Virus record (IMG/VR): IMGVR_UViG_3300035190_001334
Location: 32,001-96,000 of that record
Origin: a virus
Strand: one strand, 5' to 3'
Length of the DNA stretch: 64,000 bases
A model generated the notes under the pieces. It worked only from the letters and a program-made list of their open reading frames with translations. It had not been told where the DNA came from and ran no database searches. Every line of letters begins with the position of its first letter. Position 1 is the stretch's first letter. Below are positions 47,911-57,508 of this stretch, piece after piece. Both the position numbers and the translations under genes were made by a program.

Positions 47911-49611
47911 TTACAAAGCACCCCAATTTACATTTTTCAATCCTGTTCGCAACACAGACTTAACATCACCATTCAAAGCCGCATCAATAATCCGATTACG
48001 AGAACCGTCATCGATTACATCCCCTTTAGCTTTTGCTATTAATGCGCGACGGAGTTGCTTATCCTTAATTGCGTCAAGAGCAGCAAGTTTTTGTGCCTCG
48101 AACACCTCTTCTTGTTGGTCAGCAGCCTTTTTTCTATTGTAGATACCGTAAAGTGTACCTCCAATAGCTAAGCTTGGGGTAATTAGTGGGTCGAAAAAAT
48201 TTGCAGTATTAGAATTGTCGTTGAATTGTAGCTGAGTACCTACTAAGTAGCCTTCCCTAGCTAAGGAGCCTCCTACTAACCCCCCAGCCATACTAGCACC
48301 TAAATACTTGCCAGTTCTACCTACATTTTGGAAGTACTTATCTCTCAAACTTCCTTGTTGAAGTTTTTTTTCTTCGGGAGACAAGTTATTGAATCTTTGT
48401 AATTCATCTACAAATTCTTGGTTTTGGTTTTTAAATTGCTCCCTAGAAGTGCCAGTCAGTCTTCGTGCGACACTCCCACCAAGTAAAGCACCGCCAATAC
48501 CTGAACCTAAATAACCAGCACCATATAGCAACTGAGCATCTTCAGGAGACATAAACTCAGCAATCTTGCCTTTACTTCTAGAATACCGAGTAGTCTTGCC
48601 TTTTCTTTTCTGCACTTCGGCTTGCTGTGCAGGAGTAAGTCTGTCAAGAGGATTATCCGTAATACCTTGAAGTAAAGGGTTGCCAGTAATATTAGCAGCT
48701 TCGCGAATCAAGTTGTCTGCATGGTATTGAGGACTGTCGAAATAGCTAGCTGCAAAGTCTTGAGCATTTTTATCTTTGAGGCTATTTACCTTGTAGGCAT
48801 CAAGCGCTCTTTGTTTGTTGAGCTTAGATAGCAAACCATACCCAGCAACTAATGTACCTCCGATTGCAGCAAGTGGAAGTGCTTTTTCTTTTTTAATGAA
48901 GAAAGGGTTACGAACACCAATCTTAGGAAATGCGAAGTTGGCTGGTGTAACTAAAGGGGCAGCACTAAAAAAGTTGTATGGCACTCTCACCTGAGTTTGA
49001 GGTTGTTGGGCTTGCGCTTGACGTTGTTCCAATAGTAGATTCCTTTTTGCAATTATTTCTTGTACTTTGTCGCGGTGAGCTTGAGCCTGAGCTTGTTTTT
49101 CTTTCTCTGCTTCTTTAGTTTTATGATTTTGATATAGCAAAGCCCCCGCCGCTAAAGGTGCAACAGTTAAACCTCCAAGAGTACCGACAACTGCTGCCTC
49201 ATTAGCCCCAAATTTATCAATTAATTTGTTAGATACATAATTTACAGCAGGAGCAACTAAAGGGAGATTGCTATTTGCATATTTATCCCGAAGTCTTTGG
49301 GTTTCTGCCTTGGCTACTCTAGCTTTTTTAGCTACTGCTCTATCACCTTGAGCATTTCCGATTTCAGTTGATGTTGGCTCAGGGGCTTTAGGTGGCTCAG
49401 AAGCCCGTCTTTCGCGTTCACGCGCTATTTTGGCGCGTTCCTTCATAACAGCTTCTTCATTCATCTGCTGTTGACGAGATTTTCCTCTGGGGCGATTATC
49501 TTTCTGCTTTCTAAAGAAAGGGTCATTCCCCCAGTTAGTTTCCCTCCCCTCCCTATTGTTAGGGGCGTATTTCTGTTGTCTAGCCGCAAACTCAGCTTTC
49601 AAACTTAACAT
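47911..49611 (-). CDS. Glycine-zipper polyprotein with ANF/AEF junctions
   Basis: KAEF, VTPANF, KIAEF and NTANF separate four modules, each with a Gly-rich hydrophobic helix. Confidence 0.7.
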   Translation of the reverse strand: MLSLKAEFAARQQKYAPNNREGRETNWGNDPFFRKQKDNRPRGKSRQQQMNEEAVMKERAKIARERERRASEPPKAPEPTSTEIGNAQGDRAVAKKARVAKAETQRLRDKYANSNLPLVAPAVNYVSNKLIDKFGANEAAVVGTLGGLTVAPLAAGALLYQNHKTKEAEKEKQAQAQAHRDKVQEIIAKRNLLLEQRQAQAQQPQTQVRVPYNFFSAAPLVTPANFAFPKIGVRNPFFIKKEKALPLAAIGGTLVAGYGLLSKLNKQRALDAYKVNSLKDKNAQDFAASYFDSPQYHADNLIREAANITGNPLLQGITDNPLDRLTPAQQAEVQKRKGKTTRYSRSKGKIAEFMSPEDAQLLYGAGYLGSGIGGALLGGSVARRLTGTSREQFKNQNQEFVDELQRFNNLSPEEKKLQQGSLRDKYFQNVGRTGKYLGASMAGGLVGGSLAREGYLVGTQLQFNDNSNTANFFDPLITPSLAIGGTLYGIYNRKKAADQQEEVFEAQKLAALDAIKDKQLRRALIAKAKGDVIDDGSRNRIIDAALNGDVKSVLRTGLKNVNWGAL

Positions 49612-50630
49612 CTAGCTGTACCTCGTACATACTTCTTGGTTGTGCCAATTGACAAGTTGAACTGAGCCAACTTATTACTACCACGCTTATAAGTAGTTTG
49701 TTGCTGTAATTGTGGAATTGTCATGCCACTCTCAGCACCACCTTGCAATTGAGCCTGAGTTTGTGCAGCTTGGTCTTGCTGAGTCATTACGCCAGCTTGT
49801 GCTTGCTGATTCATTTGTTGCATTAACTGAGTCAAACCGAGCAGTTCGATAATCTTGACACTGAACCCATTTAACTGAGAGTAAATCAATTGCAACAACA
49901 CTTCTGGGCTATCAATGTTAATCGCATCGTTGTCATAAGCATTTTTGAGCAAGAGCCACAATTTCTGGCAAATTTCGTTGTATTCGTCTTGAAGGTCGTC
50001 AATTGCTTGGTCATTAGCATCAAGCTCATCCCAAGTTACTGCGTTGCCACTATCTGGTATTCCAGAGAAGTTAGCGGTCATTGCTTTGCCCACTTTTTTA
50101 TGAAATAGTCCCATGTTAGGAATTGCAGGAATAGGTACAAGGCTGAGTTCCATGATGCGATGTTCGTTAGGGTCAAGGTTAAGTCCCATGCTAACGCTCT
50201 TGACACCACTACGCAATGCTTCAATACCTTTAGCTGCTGCAACCTTTACGCCACTTAAGAACATCCCAAGCTTGCCTACTAAATGCTTGGAATTTTGGTT
50301 TGGTAAATCTGCTTCCGTAATTACTTTTGTGAACGCTCGTCCTGAAATACTTCCAATAGTATTTGGAATATCTTTTTTGTGGTCAGCACAAACAGGTACA
50401 ACTGTGCCGCTATCGATAGCTCGGTTGGTATGCTCAACGATTGTATTGAGACGTTCGGGACTAAATTCGTGTTCAACATCAGTACTATCGGTAAACTTGC
50501 CTTCAGTGGCTACAAGAGCCGTGTACTCGTCTTTAATAGGAGTGCCAGAAACCAACACCTGCCCCAACTCAAAGTTGGCTCTTGATGCTGGGGCTTTAAA
50601 ATAAGCGATATTAGGTGAGGTTTTTTTCAT
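49605..50630 (-). CDS. Prohead protease (Mu gpI-like)
   Basis: EGKFTD, VPVCADH, KSVSMG, ELSLVPIPAIPNM motifs; upstream of scaffold and MCP. Confidence 0.75.
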   Translation of the reverse strand: MKKTSPNIAYFKAPASRANFELGQVLVSGTPIKDEYTALVATEGKFTDSTDVEHEFSPERLNTIVEHTNRAIDSGTVVPVCADHKKDIPNTIGSISGRAFTKVITEADLPNQNSKHLVGKLGMFLSGVKVAAAKGIEALRSGVKSVSMGLNLDPNEHRIMELSLVPIPAIPNMGLFHKKVGKAMTANFSGIPDSGNAVTWDELDANDQAIDDLQDEYNEICQKLWLLLKNAYDNDAINIDSPEVLLQLIYSQLNGFSVKIIELLGLTQLMQQMNQQAQAGVMTQQDQAAQTQAQLQGGAESGMTIPQLQQQTTYKRGSNKLAQFNLSIGTTKKYVRGTARC

Positions 50631-50674
50631 TGTTAGCTAATGCGCTATCATAACTATATAGATACAATCTTAAC

Positions 50675-50914
50675 ATGAACGACAAGTCACTCTTTAACCA
50701 GCAAGTCGGGGATAAGCTACGCCGCCTTCGTAAAGCCAAGAACAAATCTCAGGCTAGTGTCGCCGCAGATTTCTCTTTTGGGCAAGATGTTGTTAGTGAG
50801 ATTGAACGTGGGGTAAAAACAATCAGTGCATTTGAGTTGGCAGCTTTTAGCGCGTATTACGAGAAGCCTATCGTGTATTTTTACATGAACTCGCCTCTAC
50901 CCTCTAAGAAATAA
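50675..50914 (+). CDS. XRE-family helix-turn-helix regulator
   Basis: VGDKLRRLRKAKNKSQASVA...VSEIERG. Confidence 0.85.
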   Translation: MNDKSLFNQQVGDKLRRLRKAKNKSQASVAADFSFGQDVVSEIERGVKTISAFELAAFSAYYEKPIVYFYMNSPLPSKK

Positions 50915-52496
50915 TACTGACACTTCGAGCTACCTTATTTACAATATTCTTTTCTGCCCCAACAAAATTGAGTGCTTCAAGTCCTGATTCTACTATGCGG
51001 GGTAAGTTGGCTGCATCTGGTACGGGCAATCGAGGTGTTGTAAACGTCGAGTAAATAGCTTTGGCTGTGGCATTGCCTAGTGATTTGTTAGATGCTAGTA
51101 GTGCAAGTCCAGCGACGAATGCAGTAGCAGCGATAGCAATCTTAATTGGTGTACCTAAGCCGCCTTGTGGTGGACGATTTGGAGGTTGTTTTTTAGGGTC
51201 AAAATCTTCTTCGTCAATGTCTTCCGAGAGCGAGTAATAACACATACAACTACAATGGAAAGGTATAGAAGGTTTGCTGTGATTCCGCCACACGGTAGGG
51301 TTTCCGCGTTTGTAGTTAATAACATCCCCTCCGCTTCTTTGATTCTCTATTATCTCGAACAAGTAGTATTCAAGACCATCTTGAAGTTCACAATCTTCAC
51401 ATGGTACTGGGTCAGTTCTCTTACTTCCACTTGCTAATCTCTTGTACCTACTAATCAGTGCGTATTCCCTATCAACATTCCATCTAAAGCGTTTGTATCT
51501 ATCAGCTTTACCTCCAAATGCCGCTACCTTCCCGAAGTTGTATGCAATTGCCAACTCGGTCTTCACAATTACATCTGGCGACTGTTGCTTAAACGCGCCT
51601 TGCAAGCCTTGCTGGTCTTTGTTGATAATGTTCCTAATCCTTACTTTGAGAAGGTTAAGGTCGTATTCGTACTTGTTACGTTGAGATTTGATGTTAGTGA
51701 TGTACTCTCGATTATCAGCTAAGAATAATGCAACAGCCTTACGAATTTGCTTGTTACTTTCGGCTGAGTATGATGTTTGCAATACTCGACGACGCTTACC
51801 TAAGTAGTTACTTGATATGAAGTTCTGTTTCTCGTCGTTATTACCATATAAGAAGTTCATCATGGCAGCTTTACCTGCATTAGTGCTGTCACTAATCTTG
51901 TTGAGCATATAGACATTACGAGAGACTTCATCAGCTATCTTGACACGCTCTTGTATCTTGGCAACATCGTTAATATTCGTTTGTTCAGCACGTTGATTAA
52001 GAAGGTTGTTAACTGCATTGCGGGTCAAACTATACCTAATCTTATTTTTGTTCTCTGCCTCGTAACTCTTTGGTGCTGCGGCAAACTCTACCGACAGTTC
52101 CTTGGTGTCTTCTGTTATTACTTGCGTGTCGAAGTATTTACGAATATCATCATCGCCATACTCGTACAAATAGTCGTACATCTGATGTCTCAGCGCCAAT
52201 TTAATCATTGACTCGAAGTTAGTAGTCAGAACTTTACCGAACTCGACCTGCACCTTAGCAAAATACTTGTTAGTGATATCACTCACATTCTTTTCTGCAA
52301 ACTTGTCGAAGATGGTGCTTGGTACTTCATAGATGCTGGTATTCGATTTGGCAATCCACTTAGCTAGTTCATCGACAAAGGTGTTCTTAGCAAAGTCACT
52401 GTTGATTGCTCTGCGAACTTGCAGAACTGACTCAGCCAACGCTTTGAAATATTCTTGCGTCTTGAACTCTTTGAAGCTATTGGACTGTTTTCGCAT
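50904..52496 (-). CDS. Head morphogenesis protein (Mu gpF / SPP1 gp7-like)
   Basis: IVKTELAIAYNFG, CEDC..QDG, IPFHCSCMC; hydrophobic segment near the C-terminus. Confidence 0.75.
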   Translation of the reverse strand: MRKQSNSFKEFKTQEYFKALAESVLQVRRAINSDFAKNTFVDELAKWIAKSNTSIYEVPSTIFDKFAEKNVSDITNKYFAKVQVEFGKVLTTNFESMIKLALRHQMYDYLYEYGDDDIRKYFDTQVITEDTKELSVEFAAAPKSYEAENKNKIRYSLTRNAVNNLLNQRAEQTNINDVAKIQERVKIADEVSRNVYMLNKISDSTNAGKAAMMNFLYGNNDEKQNFISSNYLGKRRRVLQTSYSAESNKQIRKAVALFLADNREYITNIKSQRNKYEYDLNLLKVRIRNIINKDQQGLQGAFKQQSPDVIVKTELAIAYNFGKVAAFGGKADRYKRFRWNVDREYALISRYKRLASGSKRTDPVPCEDCELQDGLEYYLFEIIENQRSGGDVINYKRGNPTVWRNHSKPSIPFHCSCMCYYSLSEDIDEEDFDPKKQPPNRPPQGGLGTPIKIAIAATAFVAGLALLASNKSLGNATAKAIYSTFTTPRLPVPDAANLPRIVESGLEALNFVGAEKNIVNKVARSVSIIS

Positions 52497-52534
52497 CGTG
52501 GTAGACTTGGAATTGATATGTATATTACTTCATT

Positions 52535-53092
52535 ATGACACAACTTACACCCGAACCTTACGTCGATACCGTAAGGAAGCAGAAAGAGAAAGACCTTATC
52601 AATGTGACTAAAAAGACGCGCAAGCACATACCAGCTTACGTTTTCCAAGCTCATGCCAATTTACTTGAGCGATTTCCAGACTCAGGACATTTTCTAACTC
52701 CAGCATTTGTCTACCAAACACTTCGCGAAATTACCAAGGCAGCTAAGGCTCAACTATGTGCTGATGAAACTTCGACCATTGACATTTTTGGTTTGGGCAA
52801 ATTAGTACTACTCCGCAAGAAAGCATACAGGAGCGAAGACAAGACCAAGCAGCAACTATATTTGAAGTTCAGGCACTCCAATGTCTTCTTGTATGAAATT
52901 CGCAGACATCACGGTACAGCTACACCAGCCGAACTCAAGATGCTGGAAAAGTCTGACAACTATATGAAGGAATTGCAAGCCAAACGGGAGAAATTTTTAC
53001 GCGAACGAGAAATGAAGAGGAAGGGTGAACTGGATGAACTTGACCCAAGCAATTATTTGAGTCAATTTTCAGGTGTTCTTGACCTTAATTAG
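52535..53092 (+). CDS. HU/IHF-like DNA-binding protein
   Basis: IDIFGLGKLVLLRKKA...LKFRHS resembles the HU beta-arm signature. Confidence 0.5.
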   Translation: MTQLTPEPYVDTVRKQKEKDLINVTKKTRKHIPAYVFQAHANLLERFPDSGHFLTPAFVYQTLREITKAAKAQLCADETSTIDIFGLGKLVLLRKKAYRSEDKTKQQLYLKFRHSNVFLYEIRRHHGTATPAELKMLEKSDNYMKELQAKREKFLREREMKRKGELDELDPSNYLSQFSGVLDLN

Positions 53093-56000
53093 ATTGCATA
53101 AGCACTACTAGGTGGTGCAAAGCTTGCACCGTTGTAAAGCGAGATTCTTCGATACACCACAAAAGAATCCAAGTTGATGTTCAAGCCGCTTGTAGTTATT
53201 GCAGTGGCTTGTCCTATTTGTGCAGGTGTATTCCAGTCACGGTACTCGTAGTCATCAGCAGCTTCGTATACTCGAACTCCACCAACATACAACCTTAGTA
53301 TTCCATTTTGTCTTGTCAGAGCAATGTGGTTGAATACAGTCGAGGATAGGGACAAAGCTACAGAAAAGAGAGCAAGCCCAAGTATTAGAGAGCGCCCTAA
53401 GTATAATCGGTCGGCAGAAAAGAACAGTGAGAGTCCTTGTTGTGTGTAGATGTTAACCACCTCACCATTGGTAGCTTGGTCAGTAAGCAGCCAACCCGCA
53501 ATTGTAAAATCGCCCGACAGAAAAGAGAAGTCTGAGTCATTTGGTATTTGCACATAAGCTGGTACACTGTTTTTGGAAATAGGAAAGCTAGCGGCTCCGA
53601 ACTTTTTGGTAACGGTGTCAAGTACCGAGATGTTGCTGGTCAAGGTCTTGGAGCGATAACTTTGGTCAATAATACTGCTATCGAAGTTCAGTAACGTAAC
53701 TATTTTAGCTGGCTGGTAGTAGTCGCGAATGCTTCGCTCGATGGCAGAAAAAGAAGTTGGACTAATCTTGTAGTCCACAATACAAAACATGGCTACACTG
53801 CCTTTTACACTCCTGTCCTCGAACACCCTGTCCTTAGCAATGGAATTGATGGTAACTAGGTCAGTTGAGTTGAAAATGACTACGCTTAACGATTCTTCAG
53901 GTAGCACATAATCACGCTCTCTTTCTGCCCCGTTCGCCCAAACGTCCCCGTAGAAGTCATTTGCCAGTAATTCTCCATTGTTCCCAGAATTGAAAATGTT
54001 GTTGCTATCCTGACCAAATAAGAAAGCTGCACCAGTTTGCCCTGCTTTGCGAATGTAAGCCATGACGAAGCAGTAACCACTACTTGTGCTGGGAGTGCCG
54101 AAGTCGAGGTGCGAAGAGCCATCTATCTCAAATCGAGCCGCAGGTAGTCCATCGAGTTGAGTTGGTGTTGTGTAATTCACTGCGTTCGTCGATATTAATT
54201 CCTGACCATTTGTGCGATACTCATCAAGTTGAAGTATGTTGCCGCTTGATAGTGTAACGGTTTCAGGTGTGACGATGAAAAATGAACTGAAGGTATTAAG
54301 CAGTCCTTTCAAGTTGATGTAAAGCTGATTAGTAAGTAAAGTGATGCTGACGTTAAAACTGAAAGTGACAGACTCGGTAGCTGTGTAGGTTCGGATGGTG
54401 AAACTGATAAAATCGTCGGTCGGGCAAGTGAATGTAAGGTCGTTGCCAGTTATTGTTGCCGAGTAGTGGTTGACCAGTATTTCATAGCTGACTGCATTAC
54501 CAGCAATTTCAGTGACCTTTTTGTCGAGGTTAACAATAACGTCAGAGCTATACCTGAACTCAGTTGAAGTGTTAAACAACAGTAAAGTAGAATCAAAAAA
54601 CTTGTTGGCTAGTAAGTGTGTAGCTTCTGCAAGTTCAGCTTCGCTCAATGCAACAGACCAGCCAATGAAATACAGTAGTTCCCCTTTCAGTTGAGAAGAG
54701 AATCCACTAAAGCCTATTGAAGAAGTTGCATTAGTAGCCGCGATGATTGCGCCGTAGTCTATGGGTTGGCGATAATTAAAAGTATTGACCCCAACTTTGT
54801 TGACTTTTGTGTTCAACTGCGTTATAGCTGTAGTTCCAAACACATCATCACTGGTTCCTGTAGTCCAAAGAACACCATTGGCAAATATATCTGGAAAGCC
54901 GTTAGCCATGAAGCGTTCACCAGTTTGTTTCTGCTTATATACCCAAATGAAGGTTTTGCAATTGACTGAAGTGCCTGAGAGTGAACGAGGATTGAGAGAA
55001 CTATTGGTGATGAAGGAAGAGGTCGTACCGTTGTAAGTTATTTGGTTGACCGAATCGGCTGTGCTGGTGACGTACAGAGGCTTATCAGGTAATCGGCGTG
55101 AGTCTTCCCATTTAGTTATGTTGCCAAAATTATCGGTGTAAATTCCGTAAGGTATGTCATCTACATCTTTTAACGTGGAAAGTGATACCGCTATGTTTGA
55201 TTGTTGTGGTAAGTCAAGAATAAAGGGGTCTGCTATTACAGTTTCTAGTGAAAAACTAAAATAAGACACCATACTATTGCTGTTAGTGATGCTGATGCTA
55301 AAACTACCATCAAAAACTTCAGGTATATAACCTGATAAAACTGAACCTGTGAAGCTTAGTCCTAAGCCACTTGGAGATATATAGCTGTACGAAGTGATAT
55401 CAAAAAATTCGTCAATTGCAATAGTCGCAAAGTCAAAGCTAAAATAAGCCCCAACAAATGCTCTAAATGAAGGTTGAGATGAAATAACTACACCATTGTA
55501 AGCAATATATATTTGAGCTAACTTAGCTTCTACTGATGCCAATATATCTAACGGGCAAGGTGATGATGATGTGATGATTGCAGCTATTTTTCCACGAACA
55601 CTGAAGTTGCTAGTCCCATTTTTACCCCCAAAACCTGTAATAGTTTCATACTCGTTGCTATTGGATATGTTGGTGACACTTAAAATTCTTGAGGTGTTAA
55701 GGGGAACGAACGTTGTTGGTGCTACTGCTCGACTATTTATTCTTGATGTGGCATTGTAAATAGAGTTGCCAGCTAAAGGCTGCTCTGACCAAAGCGAAGC
55801 GCCACCAGAAGGAAAAGCATCATAAAGAAAAGGTGGGTCGCCTAGTGTTTGACGAGGGGCATATATTAGAAAACTACCTGACTCCCTTGTAAGGTAAACG
55901 AGAATAATTGTACCTACATTGATAGGTCTGTTGAAAAATAGTTGTTGATTACCAGTATCTGAGAAGTTTATGCTTGGCTGATTATTAAACTGGCTATCAT

Positions 56001-56241
56001 TAGGTATTAATGTAGGTCTATTGCTTGTAGCTTGTAGATAGTTACCATCGAAAAGCAAGTTGTAAATGGTTTGGACTTGATTGTTGTCTCCAGTAGTACC
56101 TATCTTCGAGAACTCTAGATATTCTGGGTCACATAAATACAGACCATTCAAATCTGGTATTAACTTTGCAACGTCATAAACCTGACTAGTATATGAGTAA
56201 CCACCAGAAAAAGAATGATTAAATGCTGCCGATAATTTCAT
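53089..56241 (-). CDS. Multi-LamG-domain tail fibre/adhesin
   Basis: Three internal lectin-like repeats plus a C-terminal LamG (DFTIAGW, HIALTRQNG.LRLYVGG). Confidence 0.7.
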   Translation of the reverse strand: MKLSAAFNHSFSGGYSYTSQVYDVAKLIPDLNGLYLCDPEYLEFSKIGTTGDNNQVQTIYNLLFDGNYLQATSNRPTLIPNDSQFNNQPSINFSDTGNQQLFFNRPINVGTIILVYLTRESGSFLIYAPRQTLGDPPFLYDAFPSGGASLWSEQPLAGNSIYNATSRINSRAVAPTTFVPLNTSRILSVTNISNSNEYETITGFGGKNGTSNFSVRGKIAAIITSSSPCPLDILASVEAKLAQIYIAYNGVVISSQPSFRAFVGAYFSFDFATIAIDEFFDITSYSYISPSGLGLSFTGSVLSGYIPEVFDGSFSISITNSNSMVSYFSFSLETVIADPFILDLPQQSNIAVSLSTLKDVDDIPYGIYTDNFGNITKWEDSRRLPDKPLYVTSTADSVNQITYNGTTSSFITNSSLNPRSLSGTSVNCKTFIWVYKQKQTGERFMANGFPDIFANGVLWTTGTSDDVFGTTAITQLNTKVNKVGVNTFNYRQPIDYGAIIAATNATSSIGFSGFSSQLKGELLYFIGWSVALSEAELAEATHLLANKFFDSTLLLFNTSTEFRYSSDVIVNLDKKVTEIAGNAVSYEILVNHYSATITGNDLTFTCPTDDFISFTIRTYTATESVTFSFNVSITLLTNQLYINLKGLLNTFSSFFIVTPETVTLSSGNILQLDEYRTNGQELISTNAVNYTTPTQLDGLPAARFEIDGSSHLDFGTPSTSSGYCFVMAYIRKAGQTGAAFLFGQDSNNIFNSGNNGELLANDFYGDVWANGAERERDYVLPEESLSVVIFNSTDLVTINSIAKDRVFEDRSVKGSVAMFCIVDYKISPTSFSAIERSIRDYYQPAKIVTLLNFDSSIIDQSYRSKTLTSNISVLDTVTKKFGAASFPISKNSVPAYVQIPNDSDFSFLSGDFTIAGWLLTDQATNGEVVNIYTQQGLSLFFSADRLYLGRSLILGLALFSVALSLSSTVFNHIALTRQNGILRLYVGGVRVYEAADDYEYRDWNTPAQIGQATAITTSGLNINLDSFVVYRRISLYNGASFAPPSSAYAI

Positions 56242-56746
56242 CGAGCTTCACTTTGGTATAGGCTATGAGGAGATTAGCCACAATATTTTTTGAGTTAGGG
56301 AATTGCAAGTCCTTCCATGTCTGCAAGAATAGCAACCACCCCCCGTCTTTGGTCACGTAATTCTTTATTGTATCAAGCTCTGCTTCACTTAGAGGTACAG
56401 TTGTTTTGGTCTTAGTAGCTACTAACTGAGGTAAGGGAGGAAGTACGGCACAGTCAGGACAATCACGCACTACTGACCGCCAAGCCTCGACTGCATCTTT
56501 TGTTGCTTTTGTAAGATGTTTCGCGCTACTTACCCAGTCCACACTTGCCAATACTTCTTTTCTGCGCTCTTGGCTTACACCTATTTGTTGTGGTGCAATT
56601 TCTTCAGGTGCAGGAGTAAACCCATACAAAGATAAGGTGTCGTCATCAATATAGGACGGCTCTACTACCGTACCCAATTCGTTGAGCAGCAATAATATGG
56701 CTCTAGCACGATTTATTAATTGACCTTCCTTGTTTCTGTACAGCAT
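56219..56746 (-). CDS. Tail fibre assembly chaperone-like protein
   Basis: R..VLASVDW...AWRSVVRDCP...LPPLP resembles the (Y/W)RQALRD.P chaperone motif. Confidence 0.5.
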   Translation of the reverse strand: MLYRNKEGQLINRARAILLLLNELGTVVEPSYIDDDTLSLYGFTPAPEEIAPQQIGVSQERRKEVLASVDWVSSAKHLTKATKDAVEAWRSVVRDCPDCAVLPPLPQLVATKTKTTVPLSEAELDTIKNYVTKDGGWLLFLQTWKDLQFPNSKNIVANLLIAYTKVKLDEIIGSI

Positions 56747-56752
56747 TGGTGG

Positions 56753-57508
56753 CTACAAACCTAATTTTTTCTTTATCCAGTGTACCACTTTAGTCGTCCT
56801 AGAAGTGCCTCTGTCGTATATAAGGCTGTTTACTCGCATCACTTTTTGATAAGCCGAGTTTGTAACAGAGGAACTCCAACCAACTTCCCCTCCTCTAGAT
56901 ACTTCACATTTTTCAGGGCTGTCGTATTGAATGAAAATAGCTCCATAAGGGTCGGTGAGAACGTCATCTTGAAGCAACATCACATACTGACCAAACATAT
57001 AGCAATTAATTAAGAATCTGCGTTGCTGGATAGATATAGTTGGCAAATCTCTATTAATGTGAATAAAAGTTTTGTGAGCGCCAAGCGTTTTTAAAAATTC
57101 ATAGTCATTAGAACTGAAAACGGAAATTGTATCTAAGTCTTTTGTTTTATGAAGCACAGACTCTACGCCAAATCTAGTAGCTTCTGCAAGAGTTGAAATT
57201 CTGCGCCAATGGTAAAGGGTATTCTGTTTACCGTTGTGGAAGCCTGTAATGAGTACTCTATCGGCTTGAGTCAATTCACGTAACTCTACCGCTATATCGT
57301 CAAGATTTTCAAGTAACTGCAAATCCGCCCCACGTAAAAGGTCTATAGCAAATCCCACTGGTTTAGACTTAAGGATAAGCACCAAATTCGTGATAAAAAT
57401 GAGGGTCAGCAATAGCGGTGTAGATTGTGGAGGAAGAGTCACAGGATACCCGAATATATCTAAAGAGGGATTCTCAGTTTGCTGACCCTCATATTGCTTA
57501 AGTCCCAT
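56753..57508 (-). CDS. Holin candidate: TM helix plus GAF-like domain
   Basis: LLLTLIFITNLVLIL TM segment; LRELTQADRVLITGFHNG GAF-like start; YGAIFIQY. Confidence 0.5.
   Translation of the reverse strand: MGLKQYEGQQTENPSLDIFGYPVTLPPQSTPLLLTLIFITNLVLILKSKPVGFAIDLLRGADLQLLENLDDIAVELRELTQADRVLITGFHNGKQNTLYHWRRISTLAEATRFGVESVLHKTKDLDTISVFSSNDYEFLKTLGAHKTFIHINRDLPTISIQQRRFLINCYMFGQYVMLLQDDVLTDPYGAIFIQYDSPEKCEVSRGGEVGWSSSVTNSAYQKVMRVNSLIYDRGTSRTTKVVHWIKKKLGL

Noticed and set aside
43934-49611. Bacteriocin/RiPP precursor cluster
   Set aside because: No double-glycine leaders, transporter or modifying enzymes. The same motif occurs in the protease and scaffold, which points to head assembly.
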